Positions 48,572 through 57,821 of a stretch of 64,000 bases of DNA are shown piece after piece. Made by a program: the position numbers and the translations under genes. Below the pieces are notes generated by a model. It had not been told where the DNA came from and did no database searches. It worked only from the letters and a program-made list of their open reading frames with translations. Origin of the DNA: Candidatus Latescibacterota bacterium (lineage in GTDB: Bacteria; Latescibacterota; UBA2968; GCA-2709665); the NCBI GenBank assembly GCA_965237675.1, contig OZ250150.1:3264001-3328000 (forward strand), read 5' to 3'. The first letter of the stretch is position 1. Each line of letters begins with the position of its first letter.

Positions 48572-49453
48572 ATGATTCCCGTTGAGATACTCAAGAAAGT
48601 GAGGCGCATCGAACTGCGCACACGGCACCTGGTCAATACCGTCTTTTCGGGCGAATACCATTCGGTTTTCAAAGGACAGGGGATGGCGTTTTCCGAAGTG
48701 CGGGAATACCAGGTGGGAGACGATATCCGATCGATAGATTGGAACGTGACCGCCCGGATGGGACACCCCTTTGTCAAGGTGTTCGACGAAGAACGTGAGT
48801 TGACGGTGATGTTGATGGTGGATGCCAGCGCATCCGGCGATTTCGGGACCGTCTCGCAGATGAAGGGCGAAATCGGGGTCGAGATTTGTGCTTTGCTGGC
48901 ATTTTCGGCCATACAGAACAACGATCGGGTGGGCCTGATCATCTTCACGGACGATGTCGAGGCGTTCATTCCGCCGAAAAAGGGCAAGAGGCACGTACTG
49001 CGCGTCATACGGGAATTGTTGTACTTCAGGCCCAATCGACGGGGTACGGACATCGGTACGGCGCTCGACTATCTCAACCGGATCAACAAACGCAAGAGCG
49101 TGGTGTTTCTGGTTTCCGATTTTCTGGCATCCGGCTATGAGGCTGCGTTGCGGGTGGCCGGGAGGCGACACGACCTGATTGCGGTTGTGCTTCAGGATCC
49201 CCGGGAACGTGAATTGCCGGATGTCGGTCTCGTGGAGGTGGAGGACGCGGAAACGGGGCGGGAGATGCTCGTGGATACGTCCGACCAGGAGTTTCGGTAT
49301 CTGTTCAGGCAGTTGAACGACAAGACTGAAGAACGACGGGATCAGCTGTTTCGCTCTATTGGCATCGATCACGTGCATATCCATACAGAGACATCGTATG
49401 TGGACGCGCTGATGCGATTCTTCCGAAAGCGGGCGCAACAGATCGCGGCATAG
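48572..49453 (+). CDS. DUF58 domain protein (VWA-like MoxR partner)
   Basis: FSEVREYQVGDDIRSIDWNVTAR, EERE, VDASAS, SDF. Confidence 0.93.
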   Translation: MIPVEILKKVRRIELRTRHLVNTVFSGEYHSVFKGQGMAFSEVREYQVGDDIRSIDWNVTARMGHPFVKVFDEERELTVMLMVDASASGDFGTVSQMKGEIGVEICALLAFSAIQNNDRVGLIIFTDDVEAFIPPKKGKRHVLRVIRELLYFRPNRRGTDIGTALDYLNRINKRKSVVFLVSDFLASGYEAALRVAGRRHDLIAVVLQDPRERELPDVGLVEVEDAETGREMLVDTSDQEFRYLFRQLNDKTEERRDQLFRSIGIDHVHIHTETSYVDALMRFFRKRAQQIAA

Positions 49454-49463
49454 GGAGGCCGTT

Positions 49464-50399
49464 GTGATCGAAGTTGATCATCTAACCAAACAGTACGGAT
49501 CGTTGGTGGCGGTCAAGGACCTGACGTTCAGGGTGGAAAAGGGAGACGTGGTCGGATTTCTCGGCCCGAATGGTGCGGGCAAGACCACCACCATGCGAAT
49601 TCTTACGTGTTATCAGCCGGCCACGCAGGGGACCGCCCGGGTGGCCGGCTTCGACGTGTTCGACGAGCCGATGGAGGTCAAGAGGCGTATCGGGTACCTG
49701 CCGGAGCATCCGCCGGTCTACAACGATATGTACGTACGGTCGTATCTGGATTTCGTGGCGCAGATAAAAGGCGTGCCGTCACGGAAACGCGGTTCCCGGG
49801 TGGACGACGCGATGGAGCGATGCGGTATTACGGATCGGGCGAAGCAGCTCATCGGCCAACTGTCCAAAGGTTATCGGCAACGTGTCGGTATTGCCCAGGC
49901 CATCCTGCACGATCCGGACGTAATTATCCTGGATGAACCGACCATCGGGCTGGATCCCAACCAGGTCCAGGAGATTCGCCGGTTGATCCGCGGATTGGGC
50001 CGGGAACACACGGTCATTCTGAGCACGCATATTATGCACGAGGTGGAAATGACCTGCGACCGTGTGATCATAATCAACAGGGGTCAGATCGCGGCCGTGG
50101 ATTCAACGGCAAACCTGACAGCCCGGGCGTCGGGTAACCGGCAGTACTACGTGGCGGTGTCGGGCGACCTGGATGCTGCCGCGGAAGCCATTGGAGGTGT
50201 ACCAGGAGTGGTCGGCGTCCGCAGGGCAAGCGAAGACCTGGCGTTGCAGGTCGACGTTTCCGGCGAAACGGATATGCGTCCGGCGATTGCGGCCCGGCTG
50301 GTGGAGCGCGATCTCGGTCTGGTGGAATTGAGACCGATCACGGCCAGTTTGGAGGATATTTTCCACGAATTGACAACCCGCGAGGGGGCAGGCCCCTGA
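49464..50399 (+). CDS. ABC transporter ATP-binding protein (GldA-like)
   Basis: GPNGAGKTT, LSKGYRQRVG, ILDEPT.GLDP.Q. Confidence 0.9.
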   Translation: MIEVDHLTKQYGSLVAVKDLTFRVEKGDVVGFLGPNGAGKTTTMRILTCYQPATQGTARVAGFDVFDEPMEVKRRIGYLPEHPPVYNDMYVRSYLDFVAQIKGVPSRKRGSRVDDAMERCGITDRAKQLIGQLSKGYRQRVGIAQAILHDPDVIILDEPTIGLDPNQVQEIRRLIRGLGREHTVILSTHIMHEVEMTCDRVIIINRGQIAAVDSTANLTARASGNRQYYVAVSGDLDAAAEAIGGVPGVVGVRRASEDLALQVDVSGETDMRPAIAARLVERDLGLVELRPITASLEDIFHELTTREGAGP

Positions 50400-51175
50400 T
50401 GGGAAATATCGCCGCGATTTTCTGGAAGGAGATGCGTTCCTATTTCGGCTCGCCGATCGCCTATGTGGTCGCCACGGGTTTCCTGTTGATGATGGGTTAT
50501 CAATTTCAGAACGAGGTTGTGGAATTTCGCGCCAAATGCCTGAATTATACATTTCAGCATCAGGAGCATGGCGTCGAGCCGCCGAACGTGAACGAGGACG
50601 TCGTGTTCCACTTTTTCCTCAGCCAGTGCCTCGTCTGGCTGGTCGTGACGCCGATGCTGACCATGCGGCTGTTCGCGGAGGAGAAGGGTTCCGGGACGAT
50701 CGAACTCCTGATGACGTCTCCTCTGACAACGTGGCAGGTCATACTCGGCAAATTCGCGGCCTGTCTCGGGCTGTATTTCATTATCGAACTGTTCCTGCTC
50801 TCGTTGATCTTTGTCGTGTCGTTTTACGGCGATTTGAATTGGGCGCGGGTGGTGTCCGCTTGTTTCGCAGTCTTTCTGCTGGGAGGGTCGTTTATCAGTG
50901 TGGGCCTTCTGGCCTCCTCCCTCACCGATAAACAGATCGTGGCGGTCGTCAACGCGTTTGTTCTTCTTCTTCTTCTCTTCGTGGTGCGGTATTCGCCCGA
51001 ACTCATCGGGCGCGAGTGGGCAACCGTATTTTTCTATCTCTCGTTGATCGATCACACGAGGGATATGGCCCGGGGTTTGATCGACAGCAGCGACGTCATC
51101 TTTTTTCTGAGCTTTACTTTCTTCTTTCTGTTTTTGACGCATACCGCGCTTGAATCGCGCCGATGGAGGCATTAG
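50399..51175 (+). CDS. ABC-2 permease (GldF-like)
   Basis: KEMRSYFGSPIAY, TMRLFAEEK..GTIELL.TSP, RGLID. Confidence 0.88.
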   Translation: MGNIAAIFWKEMRSYFGSPIAYVVATGFLLMMGYQFQNEVVEFRAKCLNYTFQHQEHGVEPPNVNEDVVFHFFLSQCLVWLVVTPMLTMRLFAEEKGSGTIELLMTSPLTTWQVILGKFAACLGLYFIIELFLLSLIFVVSFYGDLNWARVVSACFAVFLLGGSFISVGLLASSLTDKQIVAVVNAFVLLLLLFVVRYSPELIGREWATVFFYLSLIDHTRDMARGLIDSSDVIFFLSFTFFFLFLTHTALESRRWRH

Positions 51176-51178
51176 AGA

Positions 51179-52549
51179 ATGCCCGGTTTTCTCAGGAAAC
51201 GCACGGTGAAGTACGGTTCGAGTACGCTGGTTGCCGTCCTCGCGTTGCTTGCAAGCCTGGCGACGATCAACTACCTCGCCACGCGCTATCATCACCGGAT
51301 TGACATAACCGAGGGCGGAATGCGCAGCCTTTCCGATCAGACCACGACGTTGCTGGATTCTCTGGCGACGGATGTGCACGTCATCGCGTTTTTCCACGAA
51401 ACCGACCCCGAAAGGGCCGAATTCGAGGAAAGGCTCGCAACCTATGCCTACCATTCGGACCGGTTTACCTATACGATGGTCGATCCGGCGTTACAGCCCG
51501 GAGAAGCCAGGCGATACCGGGTAGGAAAGTCGCGGATATCTGTGGTCTTGTCGAAAGGACGGGAAGAGCGCGTTGCGGGGACGGAGGAGAATCACCTGAC
51601 CAACGCGGTGGCCAAGGTGGCCCGAAAGCGGCAGAAAACCGTCTATTTCTCAACGGGGCATGGAGAGCGGTCGCTAAAGAGCCCGGAAGGCGATTTCATC
51701 CGCGTCGGTCAGGCATTGCGGGAGGTCGGTTACGCGGTTCGCGATACACTGGTTCTGGATGCCGGGAAGGGGGTGCCCGAGGATTGTGATTTGCTGATCG
51801 TGGCCGGTCCGACAGCAGCATTTTCCCGGATTGAAGCGGATTCGATCCGCAACTATCTGGCCGGAGGCGGATCCGGGTTTTTTATGCTCGATCCCGGTGG
51901 TGAGACCGGCCTCGAAACGCTGCTGGCGAATTGGGGAATACAGGTCAACAACGACTACGTCCTGGGATGGGGACCGGGCGATCCTACAATGCCGGGTTCG
52001 GTCTGGTATGCAAGACATCCGGTTACGGAAAAACACCTCAGCCGAAATCTGAGGACGTTCTACAGACTCGCGCGGTCCGTCACGCGGAGCGAAACCGGCA
52101 GCGACATGGAGACCCGGGAACTCGTGGAGACCCATCCGCGCAGCAGCTGGCGGGAAAAGAACTTTCCGGGCGCTTCACCCGTTTTCGATCCGGGACAGGA
52201 TGAACGAGGGCCCGTGTCTGTCGCGGCAGCCACGATCGATAGGCCGAAATATCGTCGGTTTCGATCCTCCGAAGTCGGGTTGCGCCATACGCGGGTTGTC
52301 GTCTTCGGAGACTCCGATTTTGCGGGGAATGAGTTCTTCGATACGGTGGGCAACGGCGACCTGTTCATGAATGCGGTGAGTTGGCTGATGAAGGAGGGAG
52401 ACCTGATTTCGATCCGGCCCAAAATGTGGGCCTTCCGGGGCGTTATGATGACGGCAGAGGACCTTTTATGGCTTTCGTGGCTGTCCGTTGTGATTATTCC
52501 GGCCATACCCGTGATAATCGGGATTGGCGTGTGGCGCAAGCGGCGCTGA
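51179..52549 (+). CDS. GldG-like ABC transporter auxiliary protein
   Basis: RIDIT....SLS.QT, YFSTGHGE, LIVAGP, VFGDSDF, N.DLF.N.V.WL; N- and C-terminal TM helices. Confidence 0.87.
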   Translation: MPGFLRKRTVKYGSSTLVAVLALLASLATINYLATRYHHRIDITEGGMRSLSDQTTTLLDSLATDVHVIAFFHETDPERAEFEERLATYAYHSDRFTYTMVDPALQPGEARRYRVGKSRISVVLSKGREERVAGTEENHLTNAVAKVARKRQKTVYFSTGHGERSLKSPEGDFIRVGQALREVGYAVRDTLVLDAGKGVPEDCDLLIVAGPTAAFSRIEADSIRNYLAGGGSGFFMLDPGGETGLETLLANWGIQVNNDYVLGWGPGDPTMPGSVWYARHPVTEKHLSRNLRTFYRLARSVTRSETGSDMETRELVETHPRSSWREKNFPGASPVFDPGQDERGPVSVAAATIDRPKYRRFRSSEVGLRHTRVVVFGDSDFAGNEFFDTVGNGDLFMNAVSWLMKEGDLISIRPKMWAFRGVMMTAEDLLWLSWLSVVIIPAIPVIIGIGVWRKRR

Positions 52550-52598
52550 CCCATCGCCGGAAGCCATTGCGCGCGCGGAACACGCACAGGCATGGAAT

Positions 52599-54011
52599 AT
52601 GAATGTAAAGACGACAGGTGGGCTGGTGCTGCTTTGGGTCGCGTTGGTCGGGTTTGTCTATTTTTTTGAAATCCGCGGCGCCGATGAGCGCGACAGGATC
52701 CACCGGGAGGCGGGGCGTCTGCTGCGTGTCGGAGGAGATTCGGTTAACGGGCTCACGGTTCACCGTGGTGACACCACCATCGTCCTGGCAAGATCGGAAG
52801 GCCGGTGGCGGATTCTGGAACCGGTGGCCACGGGTGGCGACGACGGCGAGATTGAGGGGTTGATCCGGACGTTACAGTATATGAACCTGGAACGGGTGGT
52901 GGCAGATAGCGCCCGTATGGCGGACGGACAGGCCCATCTATCGGATTTCGGCCTTGATAGGCCGAATCTGGCACTGGCGATTACACATGCGGACCGCGTG
53001 GACTCCCTCTTCTGGGGGGATCGAAGTCCGACCGGACGTTATGCCTATATCAGGTGGTCCGGGCATCCGGGGATACTCGCAGTTGGGGCTCCGTTCAGGC
53101 TCAAGGTGGAGAAGGGTCTGTTCGAGCTTCGCGACCGCCGGGTTGCGGATTTCGACAATCGCGCCGTCAGGAAAGTCCAGATCGAAGAGGGGGATGCGCG
53201 GATTGACGTAGAGAAGCGGTCCGGTGAATGGCGCCTCACCCATCCGGTCGAGGATCAAGCGGATGACGCGGCGGTTCGGAAGCTGATCTACAGGTTGCAC
53301 AATGCAGAATTCACGCATATGGTTGCTGAAACGACCCGGGAACCTGGGCGATACGGTCTTGAGAAACCGACGCTGACGGTGACGATCTTCGAAGAAGAAC
53401 GTGCGGAAAAGTCGACCGTCGTGATTGGACGGAGGAAGGCAGGAGTGAGATTTCCTCCTTATTTTGCGACATCCCTGGACAAAGAGATGGTTTTTCTGGT
53501 CGATTCGACCTTTGTCGCGGACTTGCGCAAGACCGTTACGGATTTGAGGTTCAAGCGTATTTTTGCGTTCGACACCCGAGGCATCAACAGGTTGAGGCTG
53601 GCATACCGGGACCGCGTAGTGGAATGTACGATAGATCCCATCGACAACACCTGGCAGGTGCTGGAGCCGAAGCTGCATATTGTTCTCGGACACCGAGTGC
53701 GTCATTTCTTGCGCACCATTGAACTGCTCGAGGCTGAACTGTTCGTCGCCGAAAGGCTGGAGAATCCGGACATCTACGGGTTTGATCGTCCGGCATTGGA
53801 GGTCACGTTCTGGAGGGACGGCGCGGTGGCGCAGAAGTTGATTATCGGAGAAAGGGATCGCAAAGTCTATGCAACGGGACTTCACCGTCCCCAGGTTGTC
53901 CGGATCGATCCCAAGCACCTGACGAACCTGAAGCTCGACCTTGTGCCCGTCAAACCGGACGTGGTCCAGCCCGATACCATACGGTGGGGCGAACAGGAGG
54001 TGACCGAATAG
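52599..54011 (+). CDS. DUF4340 domain protein (three repeats)
   Basis: N-terminal TM; repeated W.I..P...D...(F/Y)GL..P...G motifs; usual partner of GldA/F/G-like ABC systems. Confidence 0.8.
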   Translation: MNVKTTGGLVLLWVALVGFVYFFEIRGADERDRIHREAGRLLRVGGDSVNGLTVHRGDTTIVLARSEGRWRILEPVATGGDDGEIEGLIRTLQYMNLERVVADSARMADGQAHLSDFGLDRPNLALAITHADRVDSLFWGDRSPTGRYAYIRWSGHPGILAVGAPFRLKVEKGLFELRDRRVADFDNRAVRKVQIEEGDARIDVEKRSGEWRLTHPVEDQADDAAVRKLIYRLHNAEFTHMVAETTREPGRYGLEKPTLTVTIFEEERAEKSTVVIGRRKAGVRFPPYFATSLDKEMVFLVDSTFVADLRKTVTDLRFKRIFAFDTRGINRLRLAYRDRVVECTIDPIDNTWQVLEPKLHIVLGHRVRHFLRTIELLEAELFVAERLENPDIYGFDRPALEVTFWRDGAVAQKLIIGERDRKVYATGLHRPQVVRIDPKHLTNLKLDLVPVKPDVVQPDTIRWGEQEVTE

Positions 54012-54014
54012 AAT

Positions 54015-54971
54015 ATGGTTCGTGTCCTGATATCGGTGTGGATCGGTTCCTGCATCCTGGCGTTGACATACCCCGACGCCAGCGCCGAAGTTGTCTTCGA
54101 CGCGACGGTAAATCGGGACACCCTCACGGTTGGCGATCCCGTTCTTCTCAGCTTGCGGATCAGTCGTGAATCGGGGGATGCCGCCGTACTCCTGCAGAAC
54201 GACGGTTTTCTCGCGCCATTCGAGGTGCGGCGCCAGGCGCCGCCGGCGGTTCGGGAGATGCCCGACGGGCGGGTGGAGGAGATCCTCGAATACGAACTCG
54301 CCGCGTACCAGGTGGGTGTTCTCGAGGTGCCCTCGCTGGTATTGCAGGTGCGGACGACCGAGGGCGATTCCGGATTGGTCACGTCCGAGCCCATACCGGT
54401 TGTGGTCCGCAGCGTAAAACCGGCGGATATGACGGATATTCGGGATGTGAAACCGCCGGTGGACATAGAAGCCAGGATACCGGTCTGGCTATGGTTCGCC
54501 CTGGCGGGTCTGGTTGTCGTCCTTGCCGTATTGCTGTGGTATTGGAAGCGGCGTCGCCGGAAACCGGACGTTGAGCAGCCGCCGGAGCCGATTGTCTGGC
54601 CGGACGAAGTTGCGAAGATCCTGCGAATGCAACTCGTGGAAAAAGGCGCTTTCAAGCGCTATTATAGTCTGCTTTCCGAGGTGATGCGCCGGTACCTGGA
54701 GGAACGGGTTCGGGTCGATGCAATGGAGTGTACCACGTCTGAACTGGTGCAGGACCTCATGCGTGTCTCGGTCGGGGAGGACGAGGTCAGGGCGCTGGAG
54801 CGGTGGTTGTCGGAGGCGGACCTCGTGAAGTTCGCGAAGCTCAGGCCCCGGGACGAGGTTGCAACGAAGGCCGCGGAAACGGTTCTGGATCTGATGCGGC
54901 GCTTGGACGGGCAGCGCGGCCTGAGCGACGAAGATACAGGAAAAGCGTCGCCGGCGGAAGCAGCGGTATGA
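54015..54971 (+). CDS. Bat operon conserved membrane protein (BatD-like Ig domain + TM)
   Basis: T.GDP, IRDVKPP, TM helix, YY..LS...RRYLE....A.E.TT.E, ADLVKFAK; usual gene preceding batA. Confidence 0.78.
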   Translation: MVRVLISVWIGSCILALTYPDASAEVVFDATVNRDTLTVGDPVLLSLRISRESGDAAVLLQNDGFLAPFEVRRQAPPAVREMPDGRVEEILEYELAAYQVGVLEVPSLVLQVRTTEGDSGLVTSEPIPVVVRSVKPADMTDIRDVKPPVDIEARIPVWLWFALAGLVVVLAVLLWYWKRRRRKPDVEQPPEPIVWPDEVAKILRMQLVEKGAFKRYYSLLSEVMRRYLEERVRVDAMECTTSELVQDLMRVSVGEDEVRALERWLSEADLVKFAKLRPRDEVATKAAETVLDLMRRLDGQRGLSDEDTGKASPAEAAV

Positions 54972-55954
54972 TTGAATTCAAGAATCCGGAATGGCTGTTT
55001 GCCCTGGTTTTTGTGCCGTTGTTGGTGTATCGATATGTTCGCCGACAGAGGCAGAGGCAGGGCAGCATTCGTTTTCCGGATCTGGGTGTGATCGGGCAGA
55101 TTCCGCCTTCGGTGGTCTTGAAGTTGCGGCACGCTTTGATTGGACTCCGCTGCCTGGCGTTGATCCTGCTGATTCTCGCGCTGGCACGTCCGCGTTCGGG
55201 GCGGGAAGGGCGGGAAATTCTCACCCAGGGAATCGACATCGTGCTTGCCCTGGACGTGTCGGGCAGTATGGCGTACAAGGATCTGGATCAGCAGCGAAAG
55301 TCCCGGTTGCAGGTGAGCAAGGAGGTCGTGAGTCAGTTCGTGCGGGGGCGGGTCAACGACCGGTTGGGACTCGTCGTCTTTGCGGGCGAAAGCTATACCC
55401 AGTGCCCGCTTACCCTCGATTACGGGATATTTCTGAGCTTTTTGAACGAGGTCCGGCTCGCCCAGGATTCCTGGGACGGTACAGCCATCGGAACCGGCAT
55501 CGTCACGGCGGTTAACCGGTTGCGCCGATCGGAAGCCAGGAGTCGTGTGGTTATTCTGTTGACGGATGGCGTGAATAACAGGGGTGAGGTGGATCCCGTC
55601 ACGGCCGCCCGGGCAGCCCGGGCGGTGGGCATACGGATCTATACCATCGGGGCGGGCAGCGACGGTGTGATTGTGATGGGCCAGGGCATGCTCCGACAGC
55701 GTGTTCGGGTCGAGATCGACGAAGAGACGCTGGAGGAGGTTGCGGACATCACGGGTGGTCGGTACTTCCGGGCCACCAGCGAGAAGAAGCTCGAGGAAAT
55801 CTATCGCGCCATCGGTGAGATGGAGAAGACGGAGATCAAGACGCGTGAATATGTAGATTATTCCGAGTTGTTTGCCATCTTTCTCTGGCCGGGTCTGGTT
55901 CTGCTCTGTGTCGAACTGACGCTGGCAAACACGCGGTTTCGGAGGATTCCATAG
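54968..55954 (+). CDS. batA: BatA VWA domain protein
   Basis: F.NP.WL, ALARP, MIDAS DVSGSM, GTAIG, LLTDG.NN, TGG.YFRA. Confidence 0.9.
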   Translation: MIEFKNPEWLFALVFVPLLVYRYVRRQRQRQGSIRFPDLGVIGQIPPSVVLKLRHALIGLRCLALILLILALARPRSGREGREILTQGIDIVLALDVSGSMAYKDLDQQRKSRLQVSKEVVSQFVRGRVNDRLGLVVFAGESYTQCPLTLDYGIFLSFLNEVRLAQDSWDGTAIGTGIVTAVNRLRRSEARSRVVILLTDGVNNRGEVDPVTAARAARAVGIRIYTIGAGSDGVIVMGQGMLRQRVRVEIDEETLEEVADITGGRYFRATSEKKLEEIYRAIGEMEKTEIKTREYVDYSELFAIFLWPGLVLLCVELTLANTRFRRIP

Positions 55955-55955
55955 G

Positions 55956-56978
55956 ATGCGTTTCGGGGACGTTCAGGCATTCTGGTTCCTGTTGTCCGTG
56001 CCGGCGGCCATTTTGTTTTTCGTGGTTGCTTTTCGAAAAAAAAGGCGAGCCCTCTCTCGTTTCGGAAGCCCGGAACTGATGCGGAAACTGACGGCTGCCA
56101 CAAGTTGGAAGAGACAGTGGGTGAAGGCGGCGCTAACGGTTGGCGGATTGTTCTTCCTGGTCACGGCGCTGGCGCAACCCCGGTACGGGATGCGGCTTGA
56201 ACTGCTCAGCCGCAAGGGCGTCGACGTGATTGTCGCACTGGATACGTCGCTGAGCATGCTCGCGGAAGACATCCGGCCCAACCGACTGACGCGAGCGCTT
56301 TTTGAGATTGAATCCTTTATTGACCGGCTCAAAGGCGACAGGATCGGCCTGGTCGCGTTCGCGGGTCGCAGCTTTACGCTCTGCCCGCTCACCCTGGACT
56401 ATGGCGCCGCAAAGCTGTTTCTGGACTCGATCGACACCGATATCATTCCGGTAAAGGGCACGGCCATCGCTGAGGCCATTCGCGCGGCGACACGGGCTTT
56501 CGGCAGCGATGAACGCAAGTACAAGGTGTTGGTACTGATTACGGATGGCGAGGATCACGCAGACGACCCGGTGAAGGCCGCGAATGAGGCTTCGGAAGCC
56601 GGTGTGCGTATCTTCGCCGTGGGGGTTGGGACGACCGCCGGAGAGTTGATCCCGGTAAAACAGAATGGTCGGACTGATTTCTTGAAGGACGGGCGGGGAA
56701 ATTACGTGAAATCGCGCCTGGACGAAGCGAGCCTGCAACAGGTGGCCGGTGTGACAGACGGCGTGTATATTCGGGCGCAGACGGGCGGTTTGGGCATGGA
56801 CCGGGTTTACGACGAAATCTCGCAGATGGAGAAGAAGGAACTTGGATCGCGGAAATACACGCAGTACAAGCACCGATTCCAATGGCCGCTGGCCCTTGCG
56901 GTGGCCTGTTTTGTATGCGAGGCGGTATTGTCGGATCGACGAAGGGTACGAACAGAATGGCGAGGGCGGTTTCAGTAA
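55956..56978 (+). CDS. batB: BatB VWA domain protein
   Basis: DTSLSMLAEDIRPNRL, ITDGEDH, VKSRLDE..L, FQWPL. Confidence 0.9.
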   Translation: MRFGDVQAFWFLLSVPAAILFFVVAFRKKRRALSRFGSPELMRKLTAATSWKRQWVKAALTVGGLFFLVTALAQPRYGMRLELLSRKGVDVIVALDTSLSMLAEDIRPNRLTRALFEIESFIDRLKGDRIGLVAFAGRSFTLCPLTLDYGAAKLFLDSIDTDIIPVKGTAIAEAIRAATRAFGSDERKYKVLVLITDGEDHADDPVKAANEASEAGVRIFAVGVGTTAGELIPVKQNGRTDFLKDGRGNYVKSRLDEASLQQVAGVTDGVYIRAQTGGLGMDRVYDEISQMEKKELGSRKYTQYKHRFQWPLALAVACFVCEAVLSDRRRVRTEWRGRFQ

Positions 56979-57009
56979 CTTGAACTCGGATTCACGAGGA
57001 GTCTGTGCT

Positions 57010-57819
57010 ATGCGCCGATTTCTGATTGGTATCTTTTTAATTTCTCTTCTGGGCTTTACATTCCTGGATCCGGCCGCGAACAAGAACCGGCAGGGCAACC
57101 GCCTGTTTCATGAGGGCAAGTTTGAGGAAGCGCTTGAGTGCTATCGGGAGGCTCAGGTAGAAAAACCCGACGCACCGGAACTCAGATTCAACGCGGGGGA
57201 CGCCTATTTCAAAAAGAACGCCTATCAGGACGCACTTCGGGAGTTCGGACACGCGTTGAAGAGCCAGGACCCGTCGCTTCTAGCCCGGGCGTATTACAAC
57301 CTGGGCAATGTCCACGTCCGCCAGCAGAAACTACAGCAGGCGGCCGAGGCCTACAAACGGTCGCTGGCGCTGAGGTCGGACGACCTGGATGCGAAGGTGA
57401 ATCTGGAATGGGTTCTGGAGAAGATGCGGCAGCAGGAGAAAAGTCAGAACCAGGAACAGGAGCGAAAGGAGAACGGGGAGGAACAGAAGGAGAACCAGAA
57501 GGAGCAGAACAAAGAGGATGGGAATAACGAGCGGAACCGGGATCAACCGGAGGAGCAGCCGAATCAGGACCCGGACGGGAATCGAGATCAGAATCGGGAG
57601 CAACGGGAAAACAGGGAGCAGGAGGAGAGCCGGCGACAGGACGATTCCGGTGGACAGCAACAGAATCAACCGTCGTCGGAACCGGAGTCACGGTCCGAGG
57701 CGCTGAGTCGAGAAGAGGCCGAACGACTGCTGGATGCGATGAAAGACAGGGAAATGAAGTCCCAACAGTACCGTCGGTTGCGCGTGTACGGCAAGCGGTA
57801 CAGTGGAAACGAGTGGTAG
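57010..57819 (+). CDS. batC: BatC TPR protein with Q/E/N-rich linker
   Basis: GN..F..G.F..A, YYNLGN, AKVNLE, low-complexity linker, EAERLLDA, terminal W. Confidence 0.87.
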   Translation: MRRFLIGIFLISLLGFTFLDPAANKNRQGNRLFHEGKFEEALECYREAQVEKPDAPELRFNAGDAYFKKNAYQDALREFGHALKSQDPSLLARAYYNLGNVHVRQQKLQQAAEAYKRSLALRSDDLDAKVNLEWVLEKMRQQEKSQNQEQERKENGEEQKENQKEQNKEDGNNERNRDQPEEQPNQDPDGNRDQNREQRENREQEESRRQDDSGGQQQNQPSSEPESRSEALSREEAERLLDAMKDREMKSQQYRRLRVYGKRYSGNEW

Positions 57820-57821
57820 AA

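Noticed and set aside
57430-57690. Purine-rich repetitive DNA (CAGGAG/CAGAAC-type units)
   Set aside because: It encodes the normal Q/E/N-rich linker of BatC and is not a repeat array or CRISPR.
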